In this document: piece after piece, positions 56,883 to 58,739 of the stretch
Layout of the letters: each line of letters starts with the position of its first letter
Numbering within the stretch: position 1 is the stretch's first letter
From: Nocardioides sp.
GTDB lineage: Bacteria; Actinomycetota; Actinomycetes; Propionibacteriales; Nocardioidaceae
NCBI GenBank assembly: GCA_035691135.1
Contig: DASSJR010000149.1
Location: 1 to 58,739, forward strand
Direction: 5' to 3'
Length of the DNA stretch: 58,739 nucleotides
Notes under the pieces: model-generated
What the model was told of the DNA's origin: nothing
The model's database searches: none
What the model saw: only the letters and a program-made list of their open reading frames with translations
Position numbers and translations under genes: made by a program

Positions 56883-58739
56883 TCAGCCGGCGGGGCGGGC
56901 GGTGAGACCGGTCGGGCCGCCCGGAGCGCCGTGGCACTTCTTGAACTTCTTGCCCGAGCCGCAGGGGCACAACGCGTTGCGGCCGATGCCGGCGTAGGGG
57001 TCGTCGGCGTTGCTCACCGTCTGGCCGCGCTGCTCGACCTCACCGGTCTCGGTCGGACCGGCGTAGGTCAGCTTCTGGGGAGCCTGCGGCCGCTGCAGAC
57101 CCTTGGCGCGGATCTGCGGAGCGTGCTGCCCGTCGGGGTGCCCGTCCGTCGCCTGACCGTCTGCTGTGGGGACCGGCTGACGCATCGGCTCCACGACCTC
57201 TTCCTCGGGCTCGGCCTCATCCTCGTCGACCTGGACCTCCAGGTTGAAGAGGTAGCCGACCACCTCGGCCTTGATGCCGTCCATCATCGCGGCGAACATG
57301 TCGTAGCCCTCGCGCTGGTACTCCACGAGCGGGTCGCGCTGGCTGTAGGCCCGCAGGTAGATGCCCTCGCGCAGGTAGTCCATCTCGTAGAGGTGCTCGC
57401 GCCACTTGCGGTCGAGCACCGAGAGGATGACCTGGCGCTCGAGCTCGCGCATCACCTCGGGGCCGACCTCGGCCTCACGCCGGTCGTAGGCCGCGTGTGC
57501 GTCGAGCTTGAGCGCGTCGATGAGCTCCTGGCGGTCCAGGTTGGCCCGCCCGCCGGCTTCCTTCTCGAGGACCGCGCGGTCGATCGACACCGGCCAGAGC
57601 TGGCCGAGAGCGGTCCACAGCGCTTCGAGGTCCCACTCCTCGGCGAAGTCCTCGGTGGCACCCATGACGTAACCGGTGACGACGTCGTCGATGAAGGTCC
57701 GGGTCTGCTCCTCGAGGTCGGCACCTTCGAGGACCTCGCGCCGTTCGGCGTAGATGACCTCGCGCTGCCGGCTCATCACGTCGTCGTACTTGAGGACGTT
57801 CTTGCGGCTCTCGAAGTTCTGCGACTCCACCTGTCCCTGGGCGTTGGCGATCGCGCCGGTGACCCGCTTGTTCTCGATCGGTACGTCGTCGGGAACCTTG
57901 AGCACCTGGAGCACCCGGTCGACCCAATCGGACTTGAACAGCCGCATCAGCTCGTCCTGCAGGGACAGGTAGAAGCGGGATTCGCCGGGGTCACCCTGAC
58001 GCCCGGAACGACCACGCAGCTGGTTGTCGATGCGGCGCGACTCGTGCCGCTCGGTGCCCACGACGTAGAGGCCGCCGAGCTCCTTGACCTCGTCGTGCTC
58101 GGTGGCGACCTGGGCCTTGATCTCCTCGAGAGCCCGCGGCCAGGCTGCTTCGTACTCCTCGTTGTGCTCGACCGGGTCGAGCCCCTCCTGGCGCAGCTTC
58201 TGGTCGGCGAGGAACTCGACCGAGCCACCCAGCATGATGTCGGTGCCTCGACCGGCCATGTTGGTGGCCACGGTGACGGCGCCCTTGTGGCCGGCCATCG
58301 CGACCACCTTGGCCTCGTCGGCGTGGACCTTGGCGTTGAGGACGCTGTGGGGCACGTTGTGCTGCTTCAGCATCCCCGACAGCAGCTCGGACTTCTCCAC
58401 CGACACGGTGCCGACCAGGACCGGCTGCCCCTTGCGGTGGCGCTCGGTGATGTCCTTGACCACCGCGAGGTACTTGGCCTCCTCGGTCCGGTAGACGAGG
58501 TCGGGCTGGTCCTTGCGGATCATCGGCAGGTTGGTCGGGATCGGGACCACGCCGAGCTTGTAGATCTTGTCGAACTCCGAGGCCTCGGTCATCGCCGTGC
58601 CGGTCATGCCGGAGAGCTTTTCGTAGAGGCGGAAGTAGTTCTGCAGGGTGATGGTCGCAAGGGTCTGGTACTCCTCGCGGACCGTGACGCCCTCCTTGGC
58701 CTCGATCGCCTGGTGGAGTCCGTCGTTGTAGCGCCGCCC
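56883..58739 (-). CDS. secA: Preprotein translocase SecA (3' part; start lies outside the window)
   Basis: [51 protein letters not shown]; SEC-C motif [13 protein letters not shown]. Confidence 0.98.
   Translation of the reverse strand, partial: GRRYNDGLHQAIEAKEGVTVREEYQTLATITLQNYFRLYEKLSGMTGTAMTEASEFDKIYKLGVVPIPTNLPMIRKDQPDLVYRTEEAKYLAVVKDITERHRKGQPVLVGTVSVEKSELLSGMLKQHNVPHSVLNAKVHADEAKVVAMAGHKGAVTVATNMAGRGTDIMLGGSVEFLADQKLRQEGLDPVEHNEEYEAAWPRALEEIKAQVATEHDEVKELGGLYVVGTERHESRRIDNQLRGRSGRQGDPGESRFYLSLQDELMRLFKSDWVDRVLQVLKVPDDVPIENKRVTGAIANAQGQVESQNFESRKNVLKYDDVMSRQREVIYAERREVLEGADLEEQTRTFIDDVVTGYVMGATEDFAEEWDLEALWTALGQLWPVSIDRAVLEKEAGGRANLDRQELIDALKLDAHAAYDRREAEVGPEVMRELERQVILSVLDRKWREHLYEMDYLREGIYLRAYSQRDPLVEYQREGYDMFAAMMDGIKAEVVGYLFNLEVQVDEDEAEPEEEVVEPMRQPVPTADGQATDGHPDGQHAPQIRAKGLQRPQAPQKLTYAGPTETGEVEQRGQTVSNADDPYAGIGRNALCPCGSGKKFKKCHGAPGGPTGLTARPAG

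Overview
A high-GC actinobacterial chromosomal segment. Gene content and style (DUF6752/DUF6758/DUF5302-like proteins, many leaderless TANNNT promoters) suggest Nocardioides or a close relative; this is inference, not a database result. About 60 CDSs are supportable. I saw no rRNA, tRNA, CRISPR, transposase or integrase. Left to right: (1) a nucleobase catabolism locus (Mo-hydroxylase FAD subunit, RutG/UraA-type permease, PucR-family regulator, AllH/AllF(FdrA)/AllG-like trio); (2) a CGNR regulator with an MFS transporter, a large membrane protein, and a DUF4129-MoxR-DUF58-ATL operon; (3) two tandem trypsin-like proteases, moeZ and an M6 metalloprotease; (4) core genes (TetR, DUF3107, ferritin-like protein, DEAD-box helicase, L,D-transpeptidase, ParA, SDR, PHP, histidine phosphatase, MaoC); (5) a ~16.5 kb accessory surface-glycan modification region (31.2-47.6 kb), the best candidate for an undescribed system, with six paralogous sulfotransferase-fold proteins (one fused through a coiled coil to a GT4), a TylF methyltransferase, a LicD-methyltransferase fusion, a GT2, a secreted PLD, and an EEP fused to a catalytically dead PLD half; (6) MgtE_N/DUF1003/EEP/mrp/tatB, an anti-sigma plus two GAF-ANTAR genes, LysM/Rv3235 and the 3' part of secA. 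Non-coding highlights: two copies of a 19-bp-core palindromic repeat array between convergent genes, a relay of two 5-codon micro-ORFs coupling moxR to DUF58, and a probable CTG-initiated helicase with a structured leader. All family calls are motif recognition by eye.
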